This document shows, piece after piece, positions 29,589 to 40,105 of a stretch of DNA of 64,000 nucleotides. Every line of letters begins with the position of its first letter. The first letter of the stretch is position 1. The position numbers and the translations under genes were made by a program. The DNA is from Thermodesulfobacteriota bacterium (lineage in GTDB: Bacteria > Desulfobacterota > Desulfobulbia > Desulfobulbales > SURF-16), in NCBI GenBank assembly GCA_040755455.1, contig JBFMAY010000004.1, positions 32,001-96,000 of the forward strand, written 5' to 3'. The notes under the pieces were generated by a model, which was not told where the DNA came from, did not search any database, and worked only from the letters and a program-made list of their open reading frames with translations.

Positions 29589-30704
29589 ATGAATGACGCC
29601 TTAACCGTTCTTATTATTGATGATGTATTTCTGAACATCATGATCCTGCAAGATCTGTTGAGCAATGAGGGCTATTGCGTCTTAACCGCCGCCAGCGGCC
29701 CGGAAGGGAGAAAGCTGGCCAGGGAAATAATACCGGATATGATTCTGCTCGATGTGGTGATGCCCGAAGAGGATGGTTTTGAAACGTGCAAAAAACTAAA
29801 ACTTGATCCCGCAACCGCTGACATCCCGATTATTTTCATCTCCACCGCTGACGATACGGAGAGCAAACTGAAGGGTCTGTCCATCGGCGGCTTGGATTAT
29901 ATCGCCAAACCATTCCAGCCGGCTGAAGTGCTGGCCCGGGTGAAGAACTATTTAAAGCTGCGTTTTTCCTATCTGCGGGTCATCGAAGAACAGGCCATGC
30001 GCCTCCAGCAGGTACAGCAGGCTCAGCAGGCCCTGCTTGTAAAGCCCGAAGAATTACCTGCGGCGAAATTTGCCGTCAACTACCTGCCCATATTAGAAGC
30101 CGGCGGCGATTTTTATGATGTTTTTGAAATCAGCAAGGATCTGACCGGTTATTTCGTCTCGGACATGTCCGGTCATGATATTGGCGCCTCCTTTACCACC
30201 TCGGCCCTCAAGGCCCTGGTAAGGCAAAACTCATCACAGCTCTTTGCTGCCGATGAAACCACACGGATGATCAACAGCGTCCTGATGTCGATTTTTGCCG
30301 AAGGCCGGCACCTTACCGCGGTTTACCTGCAACTGAACCGCAATCTTGCCAAAATGACCATTGTCAATGCCGGTCACCTGCCGGTGGTGATTCTCTCCCG
30401 CAGCGGTGATGTTCAGTTGATCAAACCAACCGGTGATATCCTCGGCTCTTTTCGCAACGCATTTTTTGAGTGCCGGGAGGTCAATGTCAGCGAGGGAGAC
30501 CGTTTTTTCCTCTTTACCGATGGTCTGATCGAGTCAATGCAACCGCCGAGAACCCGCGAACAAGGCATGGAGCTCCTGATAAAAAAATGTCTCCAGACAA
30601 GAGAGATGCCGCTGCACCGATCCGTGGAAGACATTGTCCGGCATATGCTGTCCGGCTGCAAAAAACCTGACGACGATGTGCTGCTGATGGGCGTGAGTAT
30701 TTAA
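29589..30704 (+). CDS. REC-PP2C (SpoIIE/RsbU-like) serine phosphatase
   Basis: N-terminal REC (LLDVVMP); GGDFYD, SDMSGH, NAGH, FTDGL, DDVLL. Confidence 0.92.
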   Translation: MNDALTVLIIDDVFLNIMILQDLLSNEGYCVLTAASGPEGRKLAREIIPDMILLDVVMPEEDGFETCKKLKLDPATADIPIIFISTADDTESKLKGLSIGGLDYIAKPFQPAEVLARVKNYLKLRFSYLRVIEEQAMRLQQVQQAQQALLVKPEELPAAKFAVNYLPILEAGGDFYDVFEISKDLTGYFVSDMSGHDIGASFTTSALKALVRQNSSQLFAADETTRMINSVLMSIFAEGRHLTAVYLQLNRNLAKMTIVNAGHLPVVILSRSGDVQLIKPTGDILGSFRNAFFECREVNVSEGDRFFLFTDGLIESMQPPRTREQGMELLIKKCLQTREMPLHRSVEDIVRHMLSGCKKPDDDVLLMGVSI

Positions 30705-30705
30705 T

Positions 30706-31122
30706 ATGTATCATCTGGAAGAGTTCGAGCATGGCTTCGACGTGACAATGCCGGCAGCTTTTAACGCGGTGGACACGGTATGTGCAGCGGTCGAAAAATT
30801 CATGCGTGAACACGACATGACAGGCAAGCATATCTATGAAGTGCAGCTCGGCTTACGGGAGGTCATGTCCAATTCGATCATGCACGGCTCACTGGGCAAC
30901 GCCATGCATAACATTTATTTCCGGCTATCTTATGACAAAGGCAATCTCCATATCAGGATACGCGACCAGGGGCCGGGATTTGACTGGCGGAAAGCCTTGA
31001 GTAAACCCGTTACTCCCCTGCAGGAGAACGGCATGGGACTGAAGATTATCCGGCTTTGTTTTGACGTGCTGCGCTTTAATGAAGCCGGCAATGAAGTGGA
31101 ACTGATTAAAAAAGTACCATAA
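30706..31122 (+). CDS. RsbW-like anti-sigma factor / Ser kinase
   Basis: EVMSNSIMHG, RDQGPGF, GMGLKII, GNEV. Confidence 0.9.
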   Translation: MYHLEEFEHGFDVTMPAAFNAVDTVCAAVEKFMREHDMTGKHIYEVQLGLREVMSNSIMHGSLGNAMHNIYFRLSYDKGNLHIRIRDQGPGFDWRKALSKPVTPLQENGMGLKIIRLCFDVLRFNEAGNEVELIKKVP

Positions 31123-31173
31123 TAAAAAAGATATTTTGCAAATAGTTCTTTGTCAAAATGGAGGTTAGCAACG

Positions 31174-31476
31174 ATGAGCGAGATAACCAGAAAAGAGCAG
31201 CGGGCTGTTGTCAAGCCTGACCATAAAAACATCGCGGGACCAGTTGCCCAGGATTTCATGAAGGAGCTGAAGCCTTTGCTCAGTGAAGGGGTGACCAGGC
31301 TTGTCATTGACCTGTCGGCAGTGCAGCTTATTGACTCCATGGGTCTCAGCGTACTGGTCGCCGCCCATAATTCCCTGCAAAAAATCGACTCGCAACTGGA
31401 GATAACCAATGTATCTGAAAATATTTTGAAACTGATGAAGGAGATGCGTCTTGACCGCCATTTCCTTATTTCATGA
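31174..31476 (+). CDS. STAS-domain anti-sigma antagonist (RsbV/SpoIIAA-like)
   Basis: IDLSAVQLIDSMGL with the phospho-acceptor Ser; GGAGG RBS at 31160. Confidence 0.9.
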   Translation: MSEITRKEQRAVVKPDHKNIAGPVAQDFMKELKPLLSEGVTRLVIDLSAVQLIDSMGLSVLVAAHNSLQKIDSQLEITNVSENILKLMKEMRLDRHFLIS

Positions 31477-31564
31477 TTGTCGTTTTGTGCGCTGCCGCAT
31501 AGATGGATGACCACTTTCTGCCAACGGTATGTAACCTTACCTAAACCGAACCGGAGACCGCCTT

Positions 31565-34500
31565 ATGTCCGGAATAATGGATGATGAAACCTTACGCGTA
31601 TATGTCCAGGAGTCCCGTGAGCATCTGGAGACAATTGAAACGGACCTGCTGGCCATAGAAAGCCAGGGAAAAGAAATTGATGACGAGCTCATCAACAAGG
31701 TTTTTCGCGCCGCCCATTCCATAAAAGGTGGAGCCAGCTTCCTTTCGCTTGACACCATAAAAGAGCTTGCCCATAAAATTGAAAATGTCCTGGATATGAT
31801 CAGGCATTTGCAACTTATTCCCACCTCCAATGTGGTCAACACCCTGCTCAGCGCCTTTGACCATCTCGGCATGCTTCTCGACAAAGCGACCGAGAGCAAC
31901 GATCTGGATATACAGGAACAGATTGCTGCCCTGGAAGGATTAACGTTAAGCAGCCTGGCCCCGGAAGAACAGGAATCGAGCAGGCGGAAAATCCAGATCG
32001 TTCACCCTGCTGTGCCGATAACCTTCACCATCACCGAATTTGACCTCAAGCAGTTTCTGCGGGGCGGCAAGATACTTTATATCCTCAATTATGATCTGAT
32101 CAAGCATATTCACCGGCAGAACAAGGTTCCGCTTGATGTCATCAGCCTTCTCAAGGATGTCGGGATTATCATTGATATCAAGTTAAGTCTAGCTGAGGTG
32201 GGGGATCTTGACAGCAAAGAGCTGTGCACCTGTTTTCCCATGTACGTGCTCTTTTCTTCCATCATTGAACCGGATTTGATCAGCTCGGTCGTCGGACTTC
32301 CCGAGAAAAATATCCATGCTGTCAGCGAACAGATGACGACAAAACAGGCAACAGTGGCCCAACCCGCATCCACAGCGGGGCATGCCGCGCCGGAAAACAG
32401 TCAACCTGCTGAAACGCCCTTGCCACAGGAGGATAGTGTTCCTGCTTTCCTCAAAACTCCCCTGCCGAAAAATGGTGACAGGCCCAAAGCAGCGGCGACA
32501 TCTCAGCCTGAAACATTACGCGTCCATGTTGAGGTGCTCAATCAACTCATGAACCGGGCCGGCGAACTGGTTCTGGCCCGCAATCAGCTGCTCCAGGCCC
32601 TTTCAACCTGGGAAAAAAAGAACGTTATCACCGCAGGTCAACGTGTGGATCTTGTCACTTCCGAACTGCAGGAGATCATCATGCTCACCCGCATGCAGCC
32701 GGTGGGCAATATTTTCAACAAATTCCCCCGGGTGGTACGGGATATGTCCCACCAGCTCGGCAAAGAAATCGTACTCGAACTTGAAGGCGGAGAAGTTGAG
32801 CTTGACAAGACGATTATCGAAGGGCTGGCTGATCCGTTAACCCATCTTGTTCGCAACTCGGCGGACCACGGCATTGAACTGCCTGAAATACGCAAAAAAA
32901 ATGGCAAGCCGCCCACCGGCCGCATTGTCCTGCGCGCCTTTCATGAGTCCGGGCAGGTGATCATTGAGATTGAAGATGACGGCAAGGGGCTTGATCCGGA
33001 GATGATCCTTGCAAACGCATTAAAAAAGAATCTCATCTCGTCTGATCAGTCGGAGGGCATGACGGAGCGCGACAAGATTAATCTGATCATGTTGCCGGGT
33101 TTCTCAACCGCTGAAAAGGTGACCGAGGTTTCCGGCCGTGGGGTGGGCATGGATGTGGTCAAGACCAATCTTGACAAACTGGGTGGTCATATCGAGATCA
33201 AATCGAACGTTGGCAAGGGCACGATTATCTCCATTAAGCTACCCCTGACCCTGGCCATCATTCCCAGCCTGCTGATTACAAGTTGCGGCCATCGCTTCGC
33301 CCTGCCCCAGGTCAATGTGGGCGAACTGATCCAGATACCTGCCAACGAAATCCGCCATCGCATCGAAAGCATCGGCGGTGCGGAGGTGCTCATCCTGCGC
33401 GGTGATCTGATCCCGCTGCTCAACCTGCACGATGTCCTTTCCCTGCAACCGACCTATTTGGACCGGCAAAGCGGCCAGAAAAAGCCGGACCGCCGCGCCA
33501 CCATCATCGACATGCGCCTTGCCGAGAAGGAACCAGATCCACCCCCGGAGAATGGCCGAGAGGCTGGTCAGGAGGAGGATACCCCGGAAAGGAGGCATCG
33601 CCGGGAGAGTGATATCAATATCGTGGTGGTGCAGGCCGGTTCCTTTAAATACGGCCTGGTGGTTGACGCCATGCATGATACGGCGGAAATCGTGGTCAAG
33701 CCCCTTGGCCGCCACTTGAAACATTGCAGAGTCTATGCCGGGGCAACCATCATGGGTGACGGCCATGTCGCCCTGATCCTGGATGTCCCCGGCCTGGCCC
33801 AGACCGCCGATTTGAAACCGATCAGCGAATCAGACCGGGCCGCCTATAAGGAAAGCAAATTCGCCTCCGGCAAGGAAGGGACAATAAAGCAGACCCTGCT
33901 GCTCTTCCGCAATGGCCAGGAGGAGCAATGCGGCGTGCCGTTGCATCTCGTGCTGCGGGTGGAGCAGATCAAGCAGGATGATATTGAAATCAAGGGCGGC
34001 AAAAAGGTGATCCAGTACCGGGGCGGCACCCTGCCGGTCTTTGCCCTGGAAGAGGCTGCCAATGTGGAGATGCTGGAAGCACGGGAACAGCTCAATGTCA
34101 TTATCTTTGTGGTTGCCGGCCGTGAGGTTGGCCTTCTTTCCGTCCCACCCCTTGATATTCTCGATGTCGATCTGGCGGTGGATGAGATGACCCTGCGCCA
34201 GCCCGGTATCCAGGGTTCCGCCATTATCCGCGATCAAACGACCCTGCTGATCGACATCTTCGGACTCATGCAGATCCTCAACCCCAACTGGTTTGAAGAG
34301 AGAAAAGGCTCCGGTTCCCCGGAGCTTCATCAGGAAGAGCAGACCGAGAAGTCCGGTGACGCCTTCATCATTCTCCTGGCTGAGGATTCAAACTTTTTCA
34401 GGGCCCAGGTGAAGCAGTTCGTCGAGGATGAAGGTTATGTGGTCATGGAAGCCAGGGACGGCGTGGAGGCCTGGGAGTATCTGCAGGCCCATCAGGTTGA

Positions 34501-34738
34501 TCTGGTCCTCACTGATATTGAAATGCCGCGCCTGAACGGTTTTGAACTGACGAGACAGATTAAAACCGATGAGCGTTTCGCCCATATTCCCGTTATCGCC
34601 CTCACCTCTCTGGCCGGAGAAGAGGATGTGGAAAAAGGCAAAGAGGCGGGGATAGATGATTATCAGATCAAAATTGATAAAGAAAATCTGCTGCAGGGTA
34701 TTTACCGATTTGCCAGAAAGAACAGACAACAAGCATAG
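31565..34738 (+). CDS. cheA: Hybrid chemotaxis kinase CheA (HPt, dimerisation, HATPase, 2x CheW, REC)
   Basis: FRAAHSIKG, HLVRNSADHG, SGRGVGMDVV, two CheW-like domains, C-terminal REC (TDIEMP). Confidence 0.95.
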   Translation: MSGIMDDETLRVYVQESREHLETIETDLLAIESQGKEIDDELINKVFRAAHSIKGGASFLSLDTIKELAHKIENVLDMIRHLQLIPTSNVVNTLLSAFDHLGMLLDKATESNDLDIQEQIAALEGLTLSSLAPEEQESSRRKIQIVHPAVPITFTITEFDLKQFLRGGKILYILNYDLIKHIHRQNKVPLDVISLLKDVGIIIDIKLSLAEVGDLDSKELCTCFPMYVLFSSIIEPDLISSVVGLPEKNIHAVSEQMTTKQATVAQPASTAGHAAPENSQPAETPLPQEDSVPAFLKTPLPKNGDRPKAAATSQPETLRVHVEVLNQLMNRAGELVLARNQLLQALSTWEKKNVITAGQRVDLVTSELQEIIMLTRMQPVGNIFNKFPRVVRDMSHQLGKEIVLELEGGEVELDKTIIEGLADPLTHLVRNSADHGIELPEIRKKNGKPPTGRIVLRAFHESGQVIIEIEDDGKGLDPEMILANALKKNLISSDQSEGMTERDKINLIMLPGFSTAEKVTEVSGRGVGMDVVKTNLDKLGGHIEIKSNVGKGTIISIKLPLTLAIIPSLLITSCGHRFALPQVNVGELIQIPANEIRHRIESIGGAEVLILRGDLIPLLNLHDVLSLQPTYLDRQSGQKKPDRRATIIDMRLAEKEPDPPPENGREAGQEEDTPERRHRRESDINIVVVQAGSFKYGLVVDAMHDTAEIVVKPLGRHLKHCRVYAGATIMGDGHVALILDVPGLAQTADLKPISESDRAAYKESKFASGKEGTIKQTLLLFRNGQEEQCGVPLHLVLRVEQIKQDDIEIKGGKKVIQYRGGTLPVFALEEAANVEMLEAREQLNVIIFVVAGREVGLLSVPPLDILDVDLAVDEMTLRQPGIQGSAIIRDQTTLLIDIFGLMQILNPNWFEERKGSGSPELHQEEQTEKSGDAFIILLAEDSNFFRAQVKQFVEDEGYVVMEARDGVEAWEYLQAHQVDLVLTDIEMPRLNGFELTRQIKTDERFAHIPVIALTSLAGEEDVEKGKEAGIDDYQIKIDKENLLQGIYRFARKNRQQA

Positions 34739-34763
34739 ATTTTAACAAGCAAAGGAGATTGGC

Positions 34764-36749
34764 ATGTTTAAAAACTTAAAACTCGGGACAAAATTAATCG
34801 GTTCGTTTGTGGCCATTCTTATCTTGACTGCGGCAATTTCATTTGTCGGCTATTCTGGCATGGCAAAGGTGGTGTCCAGAGTCGAAAAAAGCGATGATGT
34901 GGCCGCTATCGTCAAAATGATCGGCGAGGTCAGGCAGCAGGAAAAGAACTTCATCATCCGCAAGGACAAGTCCTATGTGGACAAGGTCCATGAATTGGTG
35001 GCGGAAGTCGCCAAACAGGCTAGTGCGACCAAGGATAAATTCATGCAGAAGGCGAACAGGGACCAGATGGATGAGATCATCAACCAGGGCAAGGAGTACA
35101 GCAAGGCCTTTGATCACTACGTGGAACTAACCAATAAAAAAGATGCAACCATGGAGGCAATGCGGACCAATGCACGTGAAGCCCTGAAACTGACGGAAGA
35201 CATCCGGGCCGACCTGAAAAAACAACTGGAAGAGGTAATAAAATCCGACGCTTCACATGAACAGGTTAATGACAGAATCACCAAGGCCGATGACGCCAAC
35301 CGTTTAATCAAATGGTTCCTGGATGTACGCAAGAATGAAAAAGAGTTCATTATCTCCGGGGATGAGAAATATCTGGATGCGGTCAAGGACAATATCGGCA
35401 AGATCCTCAACCTGGCAGCTGATCTCAAATCTCGCCTCATTAATCCCACTAACATCCAGGCCTCTGAAGCAATTATCGCGGCAATCAAGGAATATGACCT
35501 GCAATTCAGCAAGTTCATCGCTTTTACCGAAGAGCAGAAAAAGGCTGATGAACTGATGGTTGCAGCAGCCAGAGAGGCCCAGAAGGTCTGCGCCGATGCC
35601 CGTGACGACCAGAAGGCCAAGATGGCGGCGGAAATCGGCAAGTCCAATACCACCATGATCACCTTCAGCCTCATTGCCATTGCCGCCGGCCTGGGCCTGG
35701 CTTTTCTCATCACCCGCAGTATAACCACCCGGCTTGGCAAGGCGGTTGATGTACTTAAAGAAATGAGCAAGGGCAACATCGGCAACCGCCTGAAAATGGA
35801 CAGCACTGATGAGATCGGCCAGATGGCGGCAGCCATGGATGCCATGGCCGGAAATCTCACGGAAATGATCAAGGAAATTGATCACGGCGTGGCCACCTTA
35901 AGTTCCTCATCCACGGAAATGGCTGCCATTGCCGATCAGATGGCTTCAGGGGCGGAAACAACCGTTGCCAAGTCAAACACCGTGGCGGCCGCGGCCGAAG
36001 AGATGAACTCCAACATGACTTCCGTGGCCGCCGCCATGGAGCAGGCCACCACCAACATCAGCACGGTCGCCTCAGGAACCGAGGAGATGAGCGCCAGTAT
36101 CGCGGATATTGCCCAGAACACCTCCCGTGCCAAGGGAAGCACCAGTAAAGCGGTGGAGCGCTCTGACAAAGCTTCCAGCCAGGTGAATGAACTGGGCCGC
36201 GCAGCCGAAGAAATCGAAGTGGTTACCGAGACGATCAAGGCAATTTCCGACAAGACCAATCTTCTCGCCTTGAACGCCACCATTGAGGCAGCCCGGGCCG
36301 GGGAGGCTGGCAAGGGTTTCGCCGTGGTGGCCAATGAGATCAAAGACCTGGCCCAGCAGACGGCGGACGCAACCGGTGATATCGCCAAGAAGCTGCAGGG
36401 CATTCAGCAGTCAACCGGCATGACGGTAAGTGAAATCAGGGAGGTTTCCGAGGCAATTAAACAGGTTGATGAAATTGTCAGCGCCATTGCCGCGGCCGTT
36501 GAGCAGCAGAATTCGGCCAGCAAGGAGATATCCGAGAATGTGGGACAGGCCTCAATGGGGTTGAAAGAGATCAATGAGAATGTCACCCAGACCACCCAAG
36601 CGGCCGGAGAAGTGACCAAGGAGATAAGCGAAGTTAATGAATCCGCTAACGAAATGAGCAACTCCAGCGCCCAGATCCAACAGAGCGCGGGTGAGCTCAG
36701 CAAATTGTCCGAGCAGCTCAAGCTGATGGTGAGCAAGTTCAAACTGTAA
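34764..36749 (+). CDS. Methyl-accepting chemotaxis protein with HBM-like bimodular sensor
   Basis: [26 protein letters not shown]; two TM helices; duplicated periplasmic unit ([10 protein letters not shown] / [10 protein letters not shown]). Confidence 0.95.
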   Translation: MFKNLKLGTKLIGSFVAILILTAAISFVGYSGMAKVVSRVEKSDDVAAIVKMIGEVRQQEKNFIIRKDKSYVDKVHELVAEVAKQASATKDKFMQKANRDQMDEIINQGKEYSKAFDHYVELTNKKDATMEAMRTNAREALKLTEDIRADLKKQLEEVIKSDASHEQVNDRITKADDANRLIKWFLDVRKNEKEFIISGDEKYLDAVKDNIGKILNLAADLKSRLINPTNIQASEAIIAAIKEYDLQFSKFIAFTEEQKKADELMVAAAREAQKVCADARDDQKAKMAAEIGKSNTTMITFSLIAIAAGLGLAFLITRSITTRLGKAVDVLKEMSKGNIGNRLKMDSTDEIGQMAAAMDAMAGNLTEMIKEIDHGVATLSSSSTEMAAIADQMASGAETTVAKSNTVAAAAEEMNSNMTSVAAAMEQATTNISTVASGTEEMSASIADIAQNTSRAKGSTSKAVERSDKASSQVNELGRAAEEIEVVTETIKAISDKTNLLALNATIEAARAGEAGKGFAVVANEIKDLAQQTADATGDIAKKLQGIQQSTGMTVSEIREVSEAIKQVDEIVSAIAAAVEQQNSASKEISENVGQASMGLKEINENVTQTTQAAGEVTKEISEVNESANEMSNSSAQIQQSAGELSKLSEQLKLMVSKFKL

Positions 36750-36761
36750 AAGGAGGGCATT

Positions 36762-37226
36762 GTGAGCCAGGCCAGTCCGAAAAACAAAACCGATGAGGAA
36801 GAATTGCTCCAGATCTCCTGCTTCTATCTTGATAAGACCCTCTTCGGGGTTGATATCAATCTGGTGCAGGAGATTAACGAGGTGGTGAATATCACCCAGG
36901 TTCCTCTTTCCCCTGATTATGTACTGGGCATTATGAACCTGCGAGGACAAATCGTCACCGTCATCGACCAATGCAGGAAATTAGGCTTTAAGCCGTCCGG
37001 CATACGGGACAACAGCCGGGTGATCATTGTAAAATCCCAGTCTGAATGCATTGGCTTGCTGGTGGATAAAATTACGGAGGTCATCACCGTCAACAGGAAC
37101 AGAATCTCCACTCCGCCTTCCAATATCAAAGGAGTACAGGGGAGATTCTTCCAGGGGGTTATCCAGACGGACAGGCAGGAACTCCTGGCCCTGCTGGATG
37201 TGGAGACAGTGCTTGAAGATGAGTAA
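36762..37226 (+). CDS. cheW: CheW adaptor
   Basis: VQEI...VP...GIMNLRG...GLLVD. Confidence 0.95.
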   Translation: MSQASPKNKTDEEELLQISCFYLDKTLFGVDINLVQEINEVVNITQVPLSPDYVLGIMNLRGQIVTVIDQCRKLGFKPSGIRDNSRVIIVKSQSECIGLLVDKITEVITVNRNRISTPPSNIKGVQGRFFQGVIQTDRQELLALLDVETVLEDE

Positions 37227-37241
37227 CAGCTGGACGTCACG

Positions 37242-38333
37242 ATGAAAATCAAGGTGCTGATCATTGATGATACCATCTTTTACCGGAAAATCATCAGTGA
37301 TGTCCTGGCCGGCTTCCCCAATGTCGAGGTGGTGGGCAGCGCCAATAATGGCGAAATTGCCCTGGCACGTATCAGATCCCTGCATCCGGATCTTGTCACC
37401 CTTGATGTTGAGATGCCGGTAAAAAATGGCCTGGAGGTATTGCATGATATTCTGCGGGAGAACCTCAATGTCGACTGTCTCATGGTGAGTTCGAAAACGG
37501 AACGAGGCGGAGAAATCACCATGGAGGCGCTGGAACTCGGGGCTTTTGACTTTATCACCAAGCCTGACAGCGCTTCACCAGAGATCAATCTGGCAATCCT
37601 CTCCAAGGAATTCGGCAGAGTACTCACCTCATTTTCCCGGCGCCTGGAGATGAGGAAAAAACTTGGAACAAAAGGGCCGGCCGGAAGATCGCCGGCCAAG
37701 GCGAACATTGCCGTCCAACCGGCGGAAATAAAACGCTTCATGAGTCAGGCGAAACGCCATGAAAAATCCCAGGCCGTGGCCATCGGCATTTCCACCGGCG
37801 GTCCCAACGCCCTGACCCGAATGCTGCCCCGCCTGCCTGCCGATATTGGCGTCCCGCTCTTTCTGGTCCAGCACATGCCATCCTTTTTTACAAGCGCCCT
37901 GGCCAAAAATCTGAACGGAAAATGCCCGCTCCTGGTGAAAGAAGCGGAAAATGGAGAAACGGTGCATGAAAATACGGTCTATATCGCCCCGGGCGGCAAG
38001 CACATGAAGGTGGCGAGCAGCTCTGACCTGCAAAAAATCATCCGGATAACGGATGATGCTCCGGAAAATAACTGCAAACCGGCAGTCGATTATCTTTTTC
38101 GCTCCATGGCCAGGGAATACGGTTCCAAGGCAACCTGCGTGATCATGACAGGCATGGGAAGCGACGGCAAGCTGGGATGTACGGTGACAAAGGCAAGCGG
38201 AGCCGTGATCATTGCCCAGGACGAAGCTTCCTCAGTGGTGTACGGCATGCCCAAGGCAATCGTTGATGCCGGACTGGCCGACATCATCGCCCCTTTGGAT
38301 AAAATCGCCGATGAAATTCTGGCAACGGTGTAA
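37242..38333 (+). CDS. cheB: Chemotaxis methylesterase CheB
   Basis: REC domain plus GISTGG, VQHMP, TGMGSDG catalytic motifs. Confidence 0.96.
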   Translation: MKIKVLIIDDTIFYRKIISDVLAGFPNVEVVGSANNGEIALARIRSLHPDLVTLDVEMPVKNGLEVLHDILRENLNVDCLMVSSKTERGGEITMEALELGAFDFITKPDSASPEINLAILSKEFGRVLTSFSRRLEMRKKLGTKGPAGRSPAKANIAVQPAEIKRFMSQAKRHEKSQAVAIGISTGGPNALTRMLPRLPADIGVPLFLVQHMPSFFTSALAKNLNGKCPLLVKEAENGETVHENTVYIAPGGKHMKVASSSDLQKIIRITDDAPENNCKPAVDYLFRSMAREYGSKATCVIMTGMGSDGKLGCTVTKASGAVIIAQDEASSVVYGMPKAIVDAGLADIIAPLDKIADEILATV

Positions 38334-38389
38334 GACGCCATGCAGGCATGTGTGCTGAGGAGAAAAATTATGTTCTGCGGGTTGTTGGC

Positions 38390-39733
38390 ATGAATTCCAT
38401 TACCGAGCAGGAAATCGATATTCTTGCACGATATATTTTCTCCATTTCAGGTATTCATCTTGACCGGAGCAAAGGATATCTCCTGGAAACCAGGCTGAAG
38501 CCATTGCTCGCATCCCATGGCCTTAAAAATTACAATGATCTGTATCGCCAGGCAATTGATACTAACGATGATTCCTTGAAAAAAGACATTATCGACGCCA
38601 TTACCACCAATGAAACCTTTTTTTTCCGTGACAACACCCCTTTTGATCTGCTGAAAAACAAAATTATTCCTGATCTCATTGACCGCCGCAGTCCCCTCTA
38701 CCAGACGAAAATTCCCATCAGAATATGGAGCGCTGCCTGTTCCACCGGTCAGGAAGTCTACAGCATCGCCATCACCTTGCTGGAAATGTTGCCCAATCCT
38801 GAAAGATTTGACATATCCATACTTGGAACGGATATCTCCAGCCGGGCTGTCAGTCGGGCCAGTTACGGAAAATATGACTTATTTGAAATCGAACGCGGCC
38901 TGCCGCCTGCTTACCGTAATAAATATTTCACGGCAACTGGCAAGGAATGGCGTATTAAAGACGAAGTAAGGCTCTTGGCCCAGTTTAAGAAAATCAACCT
39001 GCTCGGGCAGCTTGCCGGACTGGGGAAATTCGATGTGGTTTTTTGCCGCAATGTGGCCATCTATTTTGATATGCCCAATAAAATAAAATTATTCCGAAAA
39101 ATAGCCGAGATTCTGCTCCCTGGCGGGGCTTTGATTGTCGGCGGCTCAGAGTCGCTGACCGGACTGAACACCAATTTTGAAGTGCAGCACTACTTACGCG
39201 GCAATTATTATACAGTAAAGGGCAATCAAGTGGTGGTTGAGGATAGCAAACCGACGCCTCACTTTCCCCTTCCCTCCTTCCCGCCTTCGCCCCCCCCTAA
39301 GGGGCCGTCCTCTTTTCCGGTGATAAAAAATCACATTCCAACGGTGCCGGTAAAAACAGAACAGGCAGCGCAAATAAAGGCAAACAAAATACCGGCGCAA
39401 CCTGCCCCTGACATTTCCCCTGCAACTTCATTTGCGGTAAAGCCACCACCGAGTAAAAAGCAGCCCCATGCCGAGACAGCTGAAAAATTTATTATGACGC
39501 CGACTTCTTCTCCTGCCTCACTAAATGGCACCTTGAGGCAAAAAACTCAATCCGACAATAAACCTTCCCTGCTGGAGGAATTGGCAGTAAAAAAACATGA
39601 TGCCGGCCTGCTTGTTGCCGCTGCCGGAAAAGACGCTGGGAAAGAGAAGAAATCGTTATTGGAAAGCATCAGCCAGAAACAAAAAGAGAAAAAAAGACAG
39701 GAAGAAGCCACTGAAGAAGGGGAATCAGCCTGA
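38390..39733 (+). CDS. cheR: Chemotaxis methyltransferase CheR with long low-complexity C-terminal tail
   Basis: TTNETFFFRD, WSAACSTGQEVYS, FCRNVAIYF, followed by about 170 Pro/Lys/Glu-rich residues. Confidence 0.93.
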   Translation: MNSITEQEIDILARYIFSISGIHLDRSKGYLLETRLKPLLASHGLKNYNDLYRQAIDTNDDSLKKDIIDAITTNETFFFRDNTPFDLLKNKIIPDLIDRRSPLYQTKIPIRIWSAACSTGQEVYSIAITLLEMLPNPERFDISILGTDISSRAVSRASYGKYDLFEIERGLPPAYRNKYFTATGKEWRIKDEVRLLAQFKKINLLGQLAGLGKFDVVFCRNVAIYFDMPNKIKLFRKIAEILLPGGALIVGGSESLTGLNTNFEVQHYLRGNYYTVKGNQVVVEDSKPTPHFPLPSFPPSPPPKGPSSFPVIKNHIPTVPVKTEQAAQIKANKIPAQPAPDISPATSFAVKPPPSKKQPHAETAEKFIMTPTSSPASLNGTLRQKTQSDNKPSLLEELAVKKHDAGLLVAAAGKDAGKEKKSLLESISQKQKEKKRQEEATEEGESA

Positions 39734-39782
39734 AATGATACCACATGTTTGAGACAATTTGTCCATGGGGAGCCGAAGCGAC

Positions 39783-39816
39783 AAAAAAAGGGATTACGCA
39801 ATAAACGTAATCCCTT
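39783..39816 (-). terminator. Intrinsic terminator downstream of the tRNA pair
   Basis: 11-bp stem AAGGGATTACG / CGTAATCCCTT with a T-tract on the minus strand. Confidence 0.8.
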
Positions 39817-39824
39817 GACATTTC

Positions 39825-39901
39825 TGGCGGGGCCGACCGGACTCGAACCGGCGACCTCCTGCGTGACAGGCAGGCGTTCTAACCAACTGAACTACGACCC
39901 C
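39825..39901 (-). tRNA. tRNA-Asp(GTC)
   Basis: GGGGTCG / CGGCCCC acceptor stem, anticodon loop CTGTCAC, GTTCGA T-loop, encoded CCA. Confidence 0.97.
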
Positions 39902-39908
39902 GTAAATC

Positions 39909-39984
39909 TGGTGGGCGGTACAGGGATCGAACCTGTGACCCTCGGCTTGTAAGGCCGATGCTCTCCCAGCTGAGCTAACCGCCC
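39909..39984 (-). tRNA. tRNA-Val(TAC)
   Basis: GGGCGGT / ACCGCCC acceptor stem, anticodon loop CTTACAA, GTTCGA, encoded CCA. Confidence 0.97.
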
Positions 39985-40053
39985 GAGCAAATGATGCGTC
40001 TATTTAACAGCAACACCCTTTATAGTCAATAAAAAAACAAAGTTTATCCCAAA

Positions 40054-40092
40054 AAAACGCCGGCAAAAGGTTAGCGGAAAACGCCGGCAAAA
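40054..40092. repeat. 15-bp direct repeat AAAACGCCGGCAAAA x2; probably the lon terminator
   Basis: Copies at 40054-40068 and 40078-40092. The palindromic GCCGGC cores can pair, and a T-tract follows on the minus strand. Confidence 0.55.
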
Positions 40093-40105
40093 TGATCAGA
40101 AGAGT

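Noticed and set aside
6290..39901. Accessory region ending at the tRNA-Asp 3' end as an integrated genomic island
   Set aside because: No integrase or transposase, and no duplicated tRNA 3' end (att site) seen in the window.
39749..39952. 67-aa ORF downstream of cheR
   Set aside because: It is the antisense reading of the terminator and tRNA-Asp/tRNA-Val.
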